From Eledone cirrhosa (taxonomy: Eukaryota), in NCBI GenBank assembly GCA_964016885.1, contig OZ024740.1, positions 128,774,001-128,838,000 of the forward strand: a DNA stretch of 64,000 nt. The letters run 5' to 3'. The notes below the pieces were generated by a model. That model was not told where the DNA came from, made no database searches, and saw only the letters and a list, made by a program, of their open reading frames with translations. This document shows positions 27,718-41,419 of the stretch, in pieces. Each line of letters begins with the position of its first letter. The first letter of the stretch is position 1. Made by a program: the position numbers and the translations under genes.

Positions 27718-27788
27718 TATTTTATTATGCGCATTTCAAAAACAAATATCATCCTGGGACGACATTTGCGTTCTCATCAGATAAAATA
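27718..27788 (-). ncRNA. Canonical type I hammerhead ribozyme motif in the family-2 PLE pLTR
   Basis: Minus strand reads TATTTTAT-CTGATGA-gaacgcaaatgtcgtcccaggatgatatttgttttt-GAAA-TGCGCA-TA-ATAAAATA: perfect 8-bp stem I, long stem II and palindromic stem III. Confidence 0.88.
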
Positions 27789-28815
27789 GGGAGACATGAT
27801 ATGAAGCTTAAAAAAAAAACAATTGTGAGCAAGGTAGTGTCTAAACAACATGATAAATACATTTAAAAGGATATAGGAGATTGGAAAAAAGGAAAGGAAG
27901 GGGGAGAAAAGTAAGGAAGAGGAATAAAGGAAAAAAGAAAAAAGAAAAAAGAAAAAAGAAAAAAGAAAAAAGAAAAAAGAAAAAAGAAAAAAGAAGGAAA
28001 GGATAACGGATGAAGATTATAAGAAGGAGGAAGGAGAGAGAAAGAAAGAGGAGAGAAAGAGAGAGATATAAACATTTAAACTGAGAAACGCAGAAATAAC
28101 TGAAAAAACGGTTGTAAAATTTATAAATAAATAAAATAAATTAATAAGATTTTATATTTAAAAGTTAATGTGGTATATGGATGATGTTGCTTATAATTAC
28201 AGATATAGAAAATAAGTATACTATTTATTTAGGGTTTAAATAATGAAGGGTTTATTAATAGCTGCAAAAATTTATTAAAAAGATAAAATAAAGTGAAATA
28301 TGATAAGGTGAATGAAAATGAAATTAGATGATTTATAAGCTTAGAAGACGATATAGGGTCCTAGTTTGTTTCAATAGATTGTAATAGAAAAAGTAATTAT
28401 TTAAGTTAATACAAGCATAGAACAAGAGAAAAACGAAAAAATACGAGGAAGAAAAAATCATTACGTTAAAAATGTGTTTGCAAAATTCACCAAATTAATA
28501 GATTTGAATTAAAAAATTGGGAAATATAGCTAGTAAAAAGTAATGTTGAGAAAAAATTGTATAAAGATGAACTATTTAAAAGAACAATTTTGTATCGCCA
28601 AGATAAAGGAATTTGCTATAGTGAATTAAAAGGTTAGAAATTACAAAAAATTATTAAAAGAAATTAAAAAATTAAACAATTAGGGGACCAAAAAATCTGA
28701 TAGTATGAATGAACGTTTGTAGAATGCACTGAAATATTGTAGAAAAAGGGGTATATGTGTAAAAAAATATATTTGTGTGAGAAAAAGATTTTAATCTTAA
28801 TTATGGAGTAAGCTA

Positions 28816-29877
28816 TTAACTGTATACTTTGTGAAATGACCTAAACGATTTATGAATGCAAAGCGAAAATAAATCTGTTCCTCTATTTCTTATAGAATTA
28901 AAATTAGAGATAATGGTAAATTTTTCCGCTAGGCATAAATTACAAGTTCTGGATAGGGAAGCATTGAAAAAAGGAGAAGCGTTGCAAATTTTTCTCCAAG
29001 AAATTTTGTAATTAATGTTTTTGTCTTTTAAAGACCAGAAGAGTTCTGAGAGAGCAGTGTTTGTTCTTTTAAGTGGGTGTTTAAAAGATGAAGAATGGTT
29101 ATATAATCTCGCCTTAAAGGAAGTAGAAGTAGAGCAGCGAAAGTAGGTGTAAGAATCTGGGCTAGTTATCACCTTACATTCGTATACTAAATAATTATCA
29201 GGACAGTGATTATTAAGAGGACATTTAGTTCTATTAAGGCAATCGCATTTACTATTAATGTTATTAACAGAGTTATTTGCAAGTGGCCCAGAGTTATTTA
29301 TAGAAGGAATTGTATTGGAGAAATTACCTACAAGAGGTGCTAATGTTTCCTGATTTGGATTAGTATTAGGAGCATTCAACGAAATTACGTTTGACGTCGT
29401 AATTGTATTTAAGGAGTCTTGTCTTGCGTTTACATTAACGTCGGGCCTAACGTTGTTATTACTATGACGCTCAGGGTTGGATGGATATGATTTATTATTT
29501 AATATTTTAGTATTATGTTTAGAGATAATGTTAGAGATGTTGGAAGTGGTGGAATAAGAGAATTTAATTGTATACTTATTAAATATCTTATAATAAATAT
29601 GTGAAGGAGGGAAGCAATTAGCTAGCGTCCTAAAAAATAGTTTAGGAATATTACTAATAATAGAAAGAGAAAAAGCAGCGTTATACCAAATAATATTTTT
29701 ATATCTAAGTCTTCCCTTTATGCTATTGGAATGCTTATAACTAGCTATGTTACTATAGGTTCTGCCATGATTGGCTTCATTATTGTATTTAATTCTGTAG
29801 CCCATAATTGCAATAATTGGCTTTAGCGCCAAAGATAAGTTTATTAGAAGATAGATTAGAAATTCTTTTTTCAACAT
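28816..29877 (-). pseudogene. PLE ORF C-terminal part: linker plus GIY-YIG endonuclease (frameshifted)
   Basis: IIWYNAAFS, HIYYKIFNKYTIKFSYSTTSN, CDCLNRTKCPLNNHC, LVYEC..YFR (decayed YIG), FKARLYNHSSSF, TALSELFWSLKD, CNLCLAEK, CIHK. Confidence 0.85.
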
Positions 29878-30305
29878 TTCTGACTATAGCATTCTTAACA
29901 TTAATAGGGTGTTTTGATTTATAAATAACATAATTCAGATTGTCGTTATCTTTAATATAGGCCGGTGTTAAGATTAAGGGATACATCCAGGCAGATAGCT
30001 AATTTAACGTTGTTCTCAAATTAAATGTTTAGGTTATGGTGTTTATACAGATCAAGTATATTATTCTTGATAATATTAAGGTTTACTAAGTTACAGTTTA
30101 AGACAGTAAAAAGGGCATCGTCACGATAAATTGCACCGCGAAGTTGTGAATTTTCAGATTTACAGAGTTCAAGATGAACATTCCAACCAAGACCCCTTCC
30201 TTTCATTTTTTCCAATCCCCTATATCCTTTTAAAATTATTTATCATATGTTGTTTAGACACTACCTTGCTCACAAGTGTTTTTTAAGCTCCATATCATAT
30301 CTCCC

Positions 30306-30376
30306 TATTTTATCTGCTGATAACGCAAATATCGTCCCTGGATGATATTTGTTTTTGAAATGCGCATAATAAAATA
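30306..30376 (+). ncRNA. Hammerhead copy in the inverted pLTR with mutated core (CTGCTGA)
   Basis: Same fold as 27718-27788, but core A6 is C, so probably inactive. Confidence 0.7.
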
Positions 30377-30497
30377 CATGGAACTTTTTTAACCATCTTT
30401 TAATTTCTTCCTATATATACTCCAGTCCAATAAACTCTTGAGTGCTACTTATCCGATATATCCATTGCTTTATTGCGCTACAATAAAACCCACCTCC

Positions 30498-30556
<59 letters not shown>

Positions 30557-30558
<2 letters not shown>

Positions 30559-30802
30559 AAGGCAGGTAAAATTCCCGAGATCCATGGACGAGTTCTCTCC
30601 AGCGGTCTCTGTCCCTCATTATCGCTGCCATGTCCTGCGTCTCCAACAGACCAGTGTCTGTCCTTAGGGCATCAACATACGTTAACCTTGGTCTTCCTCT
30701 TCTAGTGTGTCCATGTAGGGGTTCCCAAAGGAGCACTGAGTGCAATGTCAACTCTGGATGTTGGTGAGCATGTTCAGCTAACCTCAGTCTCCTCTGTGTC
30801 AC
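30557..30802 (-). mobile_element. RTE-type LINE 3'-terminal fragment embedded in (TA)n
   Basis: QRRLRLAEHAHQHPELTLHSVLLWEPLHGHTRRGRPRLTYVDALRTDTG...MRDRDRWR is the typical RTE C-terminus. (TA)n lies on both sides. Confidence 0.85.
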
Positions 30803-30889
30803 ATATATATATATATATATACATTCATATATGCCAATACTGGCATTGAATAATCAAGACCATAGCGGTATGTCATATATCAAATCATA

Positions 30890-30951
30890 TATTTTGTCTG
30901 ATGAGGACGTACTGAAAAAACAACACAGTACATTTGAAATATAATAAAGTA
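30890..30951 (+). ncRNA. Hammerhead motif with shortened stem III
   Basis: TATTTTGT-CTGATGA-ggacGTACTG...CAGTACattt-GAAA-TATA-ATAAAGTA. Confidence 0.55.
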
Positions 30952-30994
30952 TATATTTTGATCATGAGAAACCTTTTCATTTGTTAATATTTTG

Positions 30995-31044
<50 letters not shown>

Positions 31045-31081
31045 ATATTATATATATTATTATATAGATATATATATATAA

Positions 31082-31176
<95 letters not shown>

Positions 31177-31208
31177 CATATATACATATATATAAATGTA
31201 CATATATA

Positions 31209-31246
<38 letters not shown>

Positions 31247-31273
31247 CATATATATAAATGTACATATATATTC

Positions 31274-31313
<40 letters not shown>

Positions 31314-31669
31314 GCGTGTGTGTGTGTATGTGTATGTGTGCGTGTGTGTGTGTGTGTGTACGCGTGCCTCTATTTTTCTGACTGTATTATCGGTGGTTTA
31401 GGTCCAGATAAGTCTTTATCAATTAGAATTATGTTCAAAGACACACACTCACACACACACATACACACACACACAGAAACCTCACACGCACGCACCCACA
31501 CATAGAGACTTGCACATATATATGTTTATTGAATTTAGGTTTATGCCTCCTAAATACCTAGATAATCTTATTTCGTCAATATATAGAGCTCTTTCCTAAA
31601 TTAGTAGTATTACTCCCAAAATTTAAGCCCTTTTATAATCAGGTATTATTTTTTATTAGAATATATTTA

Positions 31670-31892
31670 GGGTGGTGTATTGGCATTAGCGGTTGATCAT
31701 CGGACACCATGTTTCGCGGCATAGAGATACGGCCCTTTGAGTTCTGAGTTCAAGCCCCCCAAGTGATTAGCTTTGCCTTTCATACTTATGAAATCGATAA
31801 AATAAAGTATCAGTAACGCACTGGAGTCGGTTTGATCGATTTTCCCTCCTGCCAAATTGTTGCGTTTGTGCCTAAATCAGAAACCATTATTG
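31670..31892 (+). mobile_element. Near full-length tRNA-derived SINE (octopus-type)
   Basis: A-box-like tggcattagcgg, B-box-like gagttcaagccc, core ctttgcctttcat...gataaaataaagtatcagt, and a 3' end gtgcctaaatcagaaaccattatt. Confidence 0.8.
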
Positions 31893-32306
31893 ATTAGAAT
31901 ATGCTTCTATGATGCCGGATTAATAAAACCAGTGCTCATCCATCAATTTCTGCAGTCGACTTTGAAGAGTAAACAAATTTGGATTATGCCAATAACCAGG
32001 TCGGAGAAAGTGTGACGAAAGATATTAATATCACATGTTCGGTGTTCTATTTCAAGGTAGAAGAAAATTTTATATCAAATATTTTGTGTTACTAATTGGA
32101 TAACATGACATTTTCTCTATCATTCGCAATGTAATACTTTATGTGGGTGTACGGTTGTACATATATACATTCAAAAATATATACAGACATAACAACACAC
32201 ACGAATATATATATAATTCATATATATATACATATGTTTTATTTGGCGAAGGTGATTTAGAATCAGTATATACATACATAAACATATACATATATACACA
32301 CGTAGA

Positions 32307-32423
<117 letters not shown>

Positions 32424-32594
32424 TGCTGACATGTGGAAAGGATAAATAGTACAACTGAAAACTCAAAGGATGAATGTTGTGCTACAAGCAAGTCAATTTA
32501 GATAAGTTGAGTCTGACATCGAATGACAAGACAGTTTTAATCAAACATCATTAATAAAAATGACATAGAATATATCACCAAATAATAATAATGT

Positions 32595-32625
<31 letters not shown>

Positions 32626-32634
32626 ATAATAATG

Positions 32635-35600
32635 TTTTCTTTATTAACCACAAGGGTTTACATAAAGTAGACATTAAGGACAGTACAGGACACTACAGGA
32701 CGGTACAAATGGGCATTTCTGCGTGTAAAAAAACAGAGAATGTAATAAAATAACAAAGAAAAATTACCCAATAGGGGGGAGACTTCCGAGGGACATTTGT
32801 GGAGAAAGCCCATTAAAAGACCACAGTCACCCTGACCACCAGGGCAAGTGCCCTCTCCCAGTTTTCCACCTTTAATTTACAGATATATACTCAGAGTAGG
32901 CCCATTCACTCGGACCATTCTTGCTTCTCTCACCCATCTTTCAACAAAATGCTGGGAAGAGAGCACTTCCCTCTCTACTCTGATTTTCCTTTTCAAATGA
33001 AATTTGAAAAAGTTAATCAGGGCATCACCGAAGAGGTAAGTGCTCGTCTTCAGCCCTTTCAAACGTGTCCACCATACTATCTCTTTCGCCATGGCCACCA
33101 GACAGATAAAAACTGCCTGCCCTTCCCGGCTAATGGAAGGGGGCGGGGCAATCCTCACGATGGACTCAGCTGATAGCTGGATCCGTCCTACACGTGACAG
33201 CAGGTGTTCGACATAAACCCACAAGTCAGCAATGTTCGGACACTGGACGACGAGTGCGTGCAGGCCGGTTTCGTCGCCCTGTGCGGATCTCGGACATGCC
33301 CGGCTGACGGCACCTCCATGCCTGTAGAGTTTATCCCGAACTGGAAAAAGCTCCCCGGTAGCACTGCCAGGACAGGGATTTCTGGAAGTTGTCCAAAGGC
33401 GCTGGCCCGAAAGTCCTTCCGAAGAGATTGGCTAGTTGATTTTCGTCGACGCCTAGAGTTTCTCCAAGTACGTCGTCACTCTTCCCCTCCACTAATCCTC
33501 TATAGAACGCCAAGGTGGAGTTTCCACCGATCACATTGCCCGATTGGTCGAGGGGTGTGAGCGCCTGAAGACATTCCAGTCTCCAAGCGCTCCCGCTCGG
33601 TCTTCGCTTGACCCAGGACTGCAGCTCCGTTAATGAGACGAGCTGGGAAAGACGTGTCTAGCAAACGGCGACCACACCTGATCACCGTCGAGGAAGAGGT
33701 GGAGGTGTCGTAGCCTGAACGCGTGTCTGCGCATCATCAGCCACGGTATGCCCAGCCCTCCACGTAGCGGGTGTTGGCAGCAGATGGACCGGCTGACCAT
33801 CGGAGCGCGTCCCTTCCACAAAAAGCGAAAGAGCAAACGCTCCAGCGCAGTCAGACGAGGCTTAGGACAAGGTACGACGGTCAGGCGGTAGTAGATGACG
33901 GACGCGATGTACGCGTTAGCCACCTCCAGTCGCCCTTTCAGGGATAGCTTCCTCTCGGCCCATTTCTGGGTGAGAGAAGTCACTCTGCTCGTCACCTCGT
34001 CCCAGTTTTTGTCCGGCTGGAGGTCTGGACCGAACCAGACCGCTAGCAATTTAACCGGTCCGTCCAGCGTCCAACGACGCTGTTGGACGGCATGGACCTG
34101 CTTCTCCAGGTGCCGAGCTGCAGGCACACTGACTTTTCCTGGTTGATCATTGCTCCTGTCACCGCTTCGTATTCTCTTAGTGTAGTGCCGATCGCCTCGA
34201 TGTGTTTGGCGTTCGACACCACTACGGTGACATCGTCCGCATATGCTGACACGGATCTTCCGTATCCTAGTTCGCGCGGGACCCCCTTCAAAGTCTCCAG
34301 TTTGTGCAGTAATGGCTCGAGAGTCATTACGTACAAGAGGGACGAGAGGGGACATCCTTGGCGGACCGAGCGCATGATGTTAAACGGTTCCGAAAGGTGA
34401 CCTTTCACACTCACCACAGAGCAGATGTCGCTGTGCATGGCAGCGATCCAGCTTCTGAAGACGGGCCCAAAGCCAGCCGCCCTCAGGACTGCCGCTAGGT
34501 AACGATGGTCGACCCTATCGAAAGATTTCGACTGTTCTAAATTGAGCAAGGACCCACCCGTGCCAAGTTCCCTAGCTACCCTCTCTACGATGTATCGCAT
34601 GAGGTGGAGGTTGTCGTGGATGGATCTGTCGGGAATGGCGCATGTCTGCGCCTCTCCCACCAGACCACCAACGACAAGCGCCAACCTCTTTGCTCGCACC
34701 TTGGCCAAAATCTTGAACTCTGTGTTTAGCAGAGTTATGGGCCTACAATTATCTATGTTATCCCCCTTGTTCGGATCCTTTCTCAGCAGTGCCACCGCTC
34801 CTCGGCTCACAGAGCTGGGAATTCTCCCGTTCTGTTGCCAGTTGCAGTAGACGTCCGCCAAGAGGCCTCTGAACAAGTCTGGCATTTGTACGTAAAGTTC
34901 ATAGGGCAGACCATCCAAACCAGGCGATTTACCCCTTGTGCAGCCAGTCATTGCCTCCCGTACCTCAGCGGCTCTTATCGGCTTCTCGCAACACTCCGCC
35001 TAGTGGCCGAGAGCCGGGGCAGTCCGTCGAGGTAGACACTAAAGTCCATCCCTCGATCCGGCCCGCCACTGCCCCCGAACAGTTGAGCGAAGTGTCGCTG
35101 AAAAGCTTCACACATTTGCCCGGGATCGAGTAGCAAGCGCTCGTCGTGGTCCACCAAAGACCGGATCGTGGATTTGTTGCCACGACGCGCCTCCGCCACT
35201 CGGGCCCATTGAACGGCTTTCGTCCTCTCGTGTCTGAGAGCACGCACCCTAGCTCTGACAATGCAGCCTTCGTGCTTTGCATTGTTTTTGGAAGAGAATT
35301 ATTTTCTTTTTTGGTTTCTTTTTTTTTTCCTGATACCGTTTCCCACTCCTCATCGTCACAATCTGTCTCCAGTTGTGATAGGCCGGGGAGTGGAAAATCC
35401 TCCACAGGCGTTAGTTTTGGTTGTGGCGTGGTGGATGGTGTAGGCGCTCGTGCTAGTTCTGAAGCGTTGGGTGGTGGTGGTGTTGGTTTTGCTACTGTTG
35501 CTGGGGTTGTTGCTGTTATAGTTGCTCCTGTTGTTGCTGCTACAGTTGTTGCTGCCATCTCTGCTACTGGTGGTGTTGATGGTTGAGTCACTGGGGTGGG

Positions 35601-36953
35601 TAGGAGAGGTGGCCTCAACCTTTTAGCCTGAGGGCAGAAAGCCCTTAGATGGGTTCCTTCACCACAAACGACACACCTAGGCCTTCTGCCCTCGACAATT
35701 ACGGTAGGTGGTGGCCGTCAGTGAGGTCTATTACCTCTGGGATCTCCTCAATGCTTTGTTGGTCCGCTTGGATCAGGAGCTCCATCCCAGATCCGGACCA
35801 GTTCTCCTGCTTTTCTTTTGCTATTGCTATTATCTTTGTGTTGGTTTCGATGCCGGCGAGGACGGCCGCTATTAGCCAGGGAATTTCGATGGCCGGTGGA
35901 ACGTGGGTCACCCTGATCTTTACGAGTCTCTGGCCACAATAGCTTGGGACGAGTGTGAAGTCGTCACTTCTTAATGGGGCCATGGAGTGTTCTCTAGCCT
36001 CCTCTGGTGTTTCAAAGAACACGTCCACGGTTCCATACTTCTGCCCACGTCTGATGTGGGTTTTCCTTGCCCACACATGTCCCAAAGCTTTTTTAATTTG
36101 AGACTCGGATGCCCGCTCCACTCGGCGCGATTTTACATTTATTGTTCGATACGACACGGTGCATAGGCGCCGATGCTCCATTTTATTAGGTGTGTGTGTG
36201 TGTGTGTGTGGGGGGGGGGGGGCTGACCCTGTACCCGTCTTTCTTTACCATCTTTTTGTCATTTTCTAATTCCTTCTGAGTTACCCTAAATGCTTCGCAC
36301 TGTTTTGCTACTCTGGCAAAACTCAGGGTGGTTTTTTTAATGTCATTGTTGTTGTAGTTGCTATCGTTATTTTTGTTATTATTAATTTTAGTTTCAGTTG
36401 TGGTGGTGGTGAAGTTATTGGAGTTCGGTTTGGAAGATTCCATTTTGGTTGAAAATATTTCGACATCACGAGTTGATTTATTTGTTCCTTTTGTTTCTGT
36501 TGTCGCGGTGGTGGTAGGGGGTGGTGGTTGTCGCGGTGGTGGTGGTGGTGGCGGCTTTAACACCTGCAGTCATTGGTAATGGCGGAAAATGAATGTCTGC
36601 CTGAGACAAATTAAAAATATTGCTAGTGCTTAAATTGTTTGTGTTGGCAAACGTAGTATCATTTACAATGGTGGTGTCGGTGTGAGGTGTTAATTTGTGA
36701 GGAAGGCTTTCAGCTGCTTGGTGCAGAGGTGAATTAGCCATTTTTTTTCAAAGACATTTTTTTTTTTGATAATCATAAAAGTTTAAATTTTGGGCACAAG
36801 GCCCCAATCTTTTTGGGTGTCCTTTTCGGAAAACAATGTATGTGCGCTTATATATAGTTAACAATAAAATTTTCCATAAATGGGAATTTTTAACAAACGG
36901 AAATAACAAACCTTTGCGGAGCTCACGATAATACGATTTACTACGTAGGCCGC
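32635..36953 (-). mobile_element. Tx1-like (L1 group) LINE with ORF1 and a disrupted ORF2 lacking the APE domain, flanked by (AAT)n on both sides
   Basis: ORF1 pieces (36741-35290) include a CX2CX4HX4C knuckle, CVVCGEGTHLRAFC (~35675-35634). ORF2 has GKSPGLDGLP, RPITLLNTEFKILAK, FDRVDH, VRQGCPLS, YADD, WAERKLSLKGR and GGLGIP. (AAT)n lies at 32581-32634 and 36954-37020. The 5' boundary is uncertain. Confidence 0.88.
32877..35285 (-). pseudogene. Tx1 ORF2 (reverse transcriptase and C-terminal zinc-binding region), frameshifted
   Basis: ORF pieces 34975..35247, 34043..34951, 33630..34355 (3' part), 33331..33534 and 32877..33224. The C-terminal motif reads CPRSAQGDETGLHALVVQC. Confidence 0.88.
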
Positions 36954-36954
36954 C

Positions 36955-37007
<53 letters not shown>

Positions 37008-37442
37008 TAATAATAATATTGTGAACACAAATTAAAGTATTCAGAAACGGTCTACATGAAGGCAAAAAGAAAAACAAAGACATATATTAGCATTCTTATA
37101 GTGTACGCGAGGCACTAACAATACTATTTCTGATAACTCTACGAGAAAACATTTCGTATTCACTCCGAGAGGAAGTTTAGAAGGTTTATCTTGGAAAATT
37201 TATGAAATCTATGAAGGAAGATAAAGAAAACAGACGCGACCTATTAACAAAAGTAAATATTGCAGCGTAAAAAATAAATAGCAATCCAAATAAAAAAAAA
37301 GAAACAAACTAATCAGTAATAATGAAAGAAAGTATCGACAATACAAATGAAAATAAACGTAGAATTGGCCCACAACCAACATGGGCAAGACGAACAAAAA
37401 TATACAGACACAGACACAGGCAGATACATCAACATATATATA

Positions 37443-37496
<54 letters not shown>

Positions 37497-37659
37497 GTGT
37501 GTGTGTGTATATTCATATATATATATATGTGTGTGTGTATATACATATATATATATGTATATATATATATTGTTATACTTTGGGAGGGTCATGTTGCCAA
37601 TAACGAAATATATATATATATATATATATATACAGATATATATATATATGTGTATATAC

Positions 37660-37711
<52 letters not shown>

Positions 37712-37742
37712 ATATACATATATATAAATATATATATATATG

Positions 37743-37776
<34 letters not shown>

Positions 37777-37783
37777 TATATAC

Positions 37784-37825
<42 letters not shown>

Positions 37826-40046
37826 TATATAGATATAATTATATACATTTATATATATATATATATATACTGTATATGAGCGCGTCGCAAAGACAGCGGA
37901 AAATATCTATGCAAGTGTAACAATTGAACTGACTATTCTAGTGATACATCAGCTGCACTTAGAAAGATAAATTTTATAGGAAAATTTCTTACAATAGAGG
38001 TTGTGTATTTCTATCAAAAGAACTCACATATGAAAGTAGAATACGTTGACTTTGGTTTTTAGGAAAATAAAAACAATAATGACAGCGAGAAGATGAGAAA
38101 AAAATGCTGTTGTGAACTATTTTGATATCAAACCGTGAAAAACTCCTTATTTTAAAGTGTTCATATAAATAAAAAAAAATACATTCAATCATTATTGTGT
38201 GAAAGAACAATTCGTAAGTCTTGCTCCAAACACCAGATGTAACGTGCAAGTTTGTTTTGTTATTAAATACCTCCACGTTTTGATTATTTACACAATTATT
38301 AGAAAAAACATAGGCATTGCTTTTTCATTAGAAATATGGCTGGTAACGCGAACAATATATGTCACCTACTTAATATTTATTAAAGATTGAATAATATAAT
38401 TAATACAAAAATATCTCTGTAAAAATACAATAGCAAAATACGGTTGGCTTATCCCACTAAAATGTTGGGCTGCATTTTTATTTCAAGTAAGATTTAAAGC
38501 ATTTATGTCGGATCTCTCAGACGGCAGTAATTATTTCATTACACTAAAATAGCCATCCCTGATGTTACACAGATTTACAGATCCAATGAATCACAATGGT
38601 CCCGTACTAACACCGTCGCAATATATTACGAATTGTTCTTTCAGACTATAACGATGGAATGTTTCGTTTTTTTAATAAAAACTCGTATAAACACTTTAAA
38701 ACATGACTTCATCATTTCTTGACCACTTTTGACCACACGCGATTTCCATACACACACATAAGTACCTATAGCCCCCCTCCACCTCACGCGCATATGTATA
38801 TAAATTGTTATGATTTGGGATGGTGCCAATAAACCACAGGCACCTGATAGGTTTCACTTAAATTTATTATCATAATTTCCAAGTCGTTTAGTTTAATAAC
38901 CCGATGGGTGTTTAATTGTTGATTATCATCAAAGCTCTTTCGTCCAAGATTCTGTAACTCCTTCAGTCAATACTTTGTTGCTATTTTTGTTGCAGTTTGT
39001 TTATGATTTTCGATTTTGTAATATGTCGGAGAATTGCATCTCTCCTGTGTGTGGATATAATTTTCATATCACCGTTCTCTAGTGTGTCTCCATTCTGGCA
39101 TATTCTATGTCTGTTTAAAACGAACTTATTATACCTTTATATGCAGAAATTGTGTATGTATACATGCATTAAGCATACCAGAGGCCTAGACTCAAGGCCT
39201 AGTTTCAATTGATTCAGTACTAAGATACGTGTATTTGGATGAGTTAGGCATGTTTTTGACAGTTTCTACTTTTTCTGGATATTATGTTTGTAAAGTTAGG
39301 TTTCAAACAGATAGAGTTTATAGTATCTGCCCTACCTAATTCAGAATAGTAATGTACGTAAAATACCAGCAATGGATATGTAAGGATATCCATGTAATGA
39401 GGTTCACATAAATTTTATCAAATATGGATTTCTTGCCAATTAGGCAATTATCGTGCAGGTATTTGTATTTCTGGAAAAGAATAGGTATTTCTTAGTATTG
39501 TATTTAGAATTTGAGTAAATACCAGGTATATTACAAACATTTAGGGATATTAATACGATGGTCATAATGATTTGTCTCTGTTCAGTTTATATCGGACAAT
39601 ATTGTCGCATAAGCTATTTATTTCTATACTAATAGAAAATCATATTGGAAGGATTTAGATGTAATAACTAGCAATATCTGAATTTGCCTAAATTTATCTC
39701 ATCACACAATTTGTAACAAAATGGCTTAGTAACTGATGGTCACATATATTGTATATTTATTCTGTGTCTCTATTGGCTACATCCGAAAAAAACATCCCAG
39801 AAAAATATGGATCAATTAAAATAACACTGTGAATTTCACCGATACAACTAAGCGATACTTATTGACATTAGTATTCCCATTTTTCATATTACAGTAGCGA
39901 AAAATTCTTTAAAGCGTTCTGCTTACTTCAACAACGATGAGTGGTCTTACGACGAATTGTTATAATCAGCTTGTAACTGCATACACACAAAGACACACAC
40001 ACATATATATATATATACACACATAAACACACACAATACTTAAATG

Positions 40047-40102
<56 letters not shown>

Positions 40103-40120
40103 ACACACACACACACACAC

Positions 40121-40173
<53 letters not shown>

Positions 40174-40213
40174 CATATGAATATATATATATATGTATAA
40201 ATATATATATATG

Positions 40214-40297
<84 letters not shown>

Positions 40298-40316
40298 CAT
40301 ATCTATGTATATATAT

Positions 40317-40372
<56 letters not shown>

Positions 40373-40601
40373 GTGCGTGTGTATGTGTGTGTGTGTGTGT
40401 GTGTGTTATAATGGCTAAAATCAGAAGCATCTAGCAGTAATTAGGGAACTTGTTATTCTGATCTATGTCCAATTTATCTGTGACTCGTTAGCAAAGTTAC
40501 TTTGATCTCGTTACAATTCATTCTGACTGTTTTTCATATTTTATGTGCGTGTTTCTCTGTGTGATCATATGTATATAAATGTATCACGATCACACAACAA
40601 G

Positions 40602-40666
<65 letters not shown>

Positions 40667-41337
40667 CACACACATATATCTAGTATTTACTCACACACGA
40701 ACACACATATACATCTCTATCTCTCTCACACACATAAACGCACACACACTCATATATCTATACCTATACATCTATATAGTCATAAATATATATACGTGTG
40801 GGAACAAACTCAGGCTCGTCCTTGTAAGTTAATATACGTACATGCATACATACATATAAATATATATATATATATATATATGTGCGTGTGTGTCTGTGTG
40901 TGTGCGTGCCTGTGTGTGTGTGAATACACATATATTTATCTGTATATTCGGAAGTGCGTGTGTGTGTTCTACCACATATACAAATATGTACGAATAGGTG
41001 CCTGTGTGTTTGTGTATTTTTGCGTACGCGTACAATTTATTCACCATACGCTTGCAAAATTAATTTTATTTTGATATTTCAAAGCCTTGTCAAAGGACGT
41101 CAATGAGATTTAAGAATTTTTTTTCTCCGGAAGATATCATTGACACAAAAATTAAACAGCATACAATGAAAGAAAAAAGTCAATAAATGTAACAAACTGA
41201 AATTCCTAATTTAGGAAGGATAGAAAAAAGATTCTCTAAGTCAGGGAAGATGTGACATGCTGTTTTGATCATTGTGATAGTCTCTAATGTTGCTAATACA
41301 CTTGACAACTATGCACATTAGCCTTCACTAATTCCTA

Positions 41338-41416
41338 ATGTATGTATGTATGTATGTATGTATGTATGTATGTATGTATGTATGTATGTATGTATGTATG
41401 TATGTATGTATGTATG
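41338..41416. repeat. (TATG)n microsatellite
   Basis: Direct reading. Confidence 0.95.
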
Positions 41417-41419
41417 TGT

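Larger units (their letters stand above)
27672..30499 (-). mobile_element. Penelope-like element, family 2: 5'-truncated RT plus GIY-YIG, long AT-rich 3' region and inverted pLTR (27672-27903 vs 30193-30420), flanked by (TA)n
   Basis: RT motif GAIYRDDALF (ORF 30021..30215), thumb-like YVIYKSKHPINVKNAIVRNVEKRISNLSS, then ORF 28816..29877. The inverted ~220-bp repeat is directly visible. Confidence 0.9.

Noticed and set aside
38900-39800. Possible old PLE or other coding relic on the minus strand (PGIYS)
   Set aside because: Only one weak motif and no colinear support.
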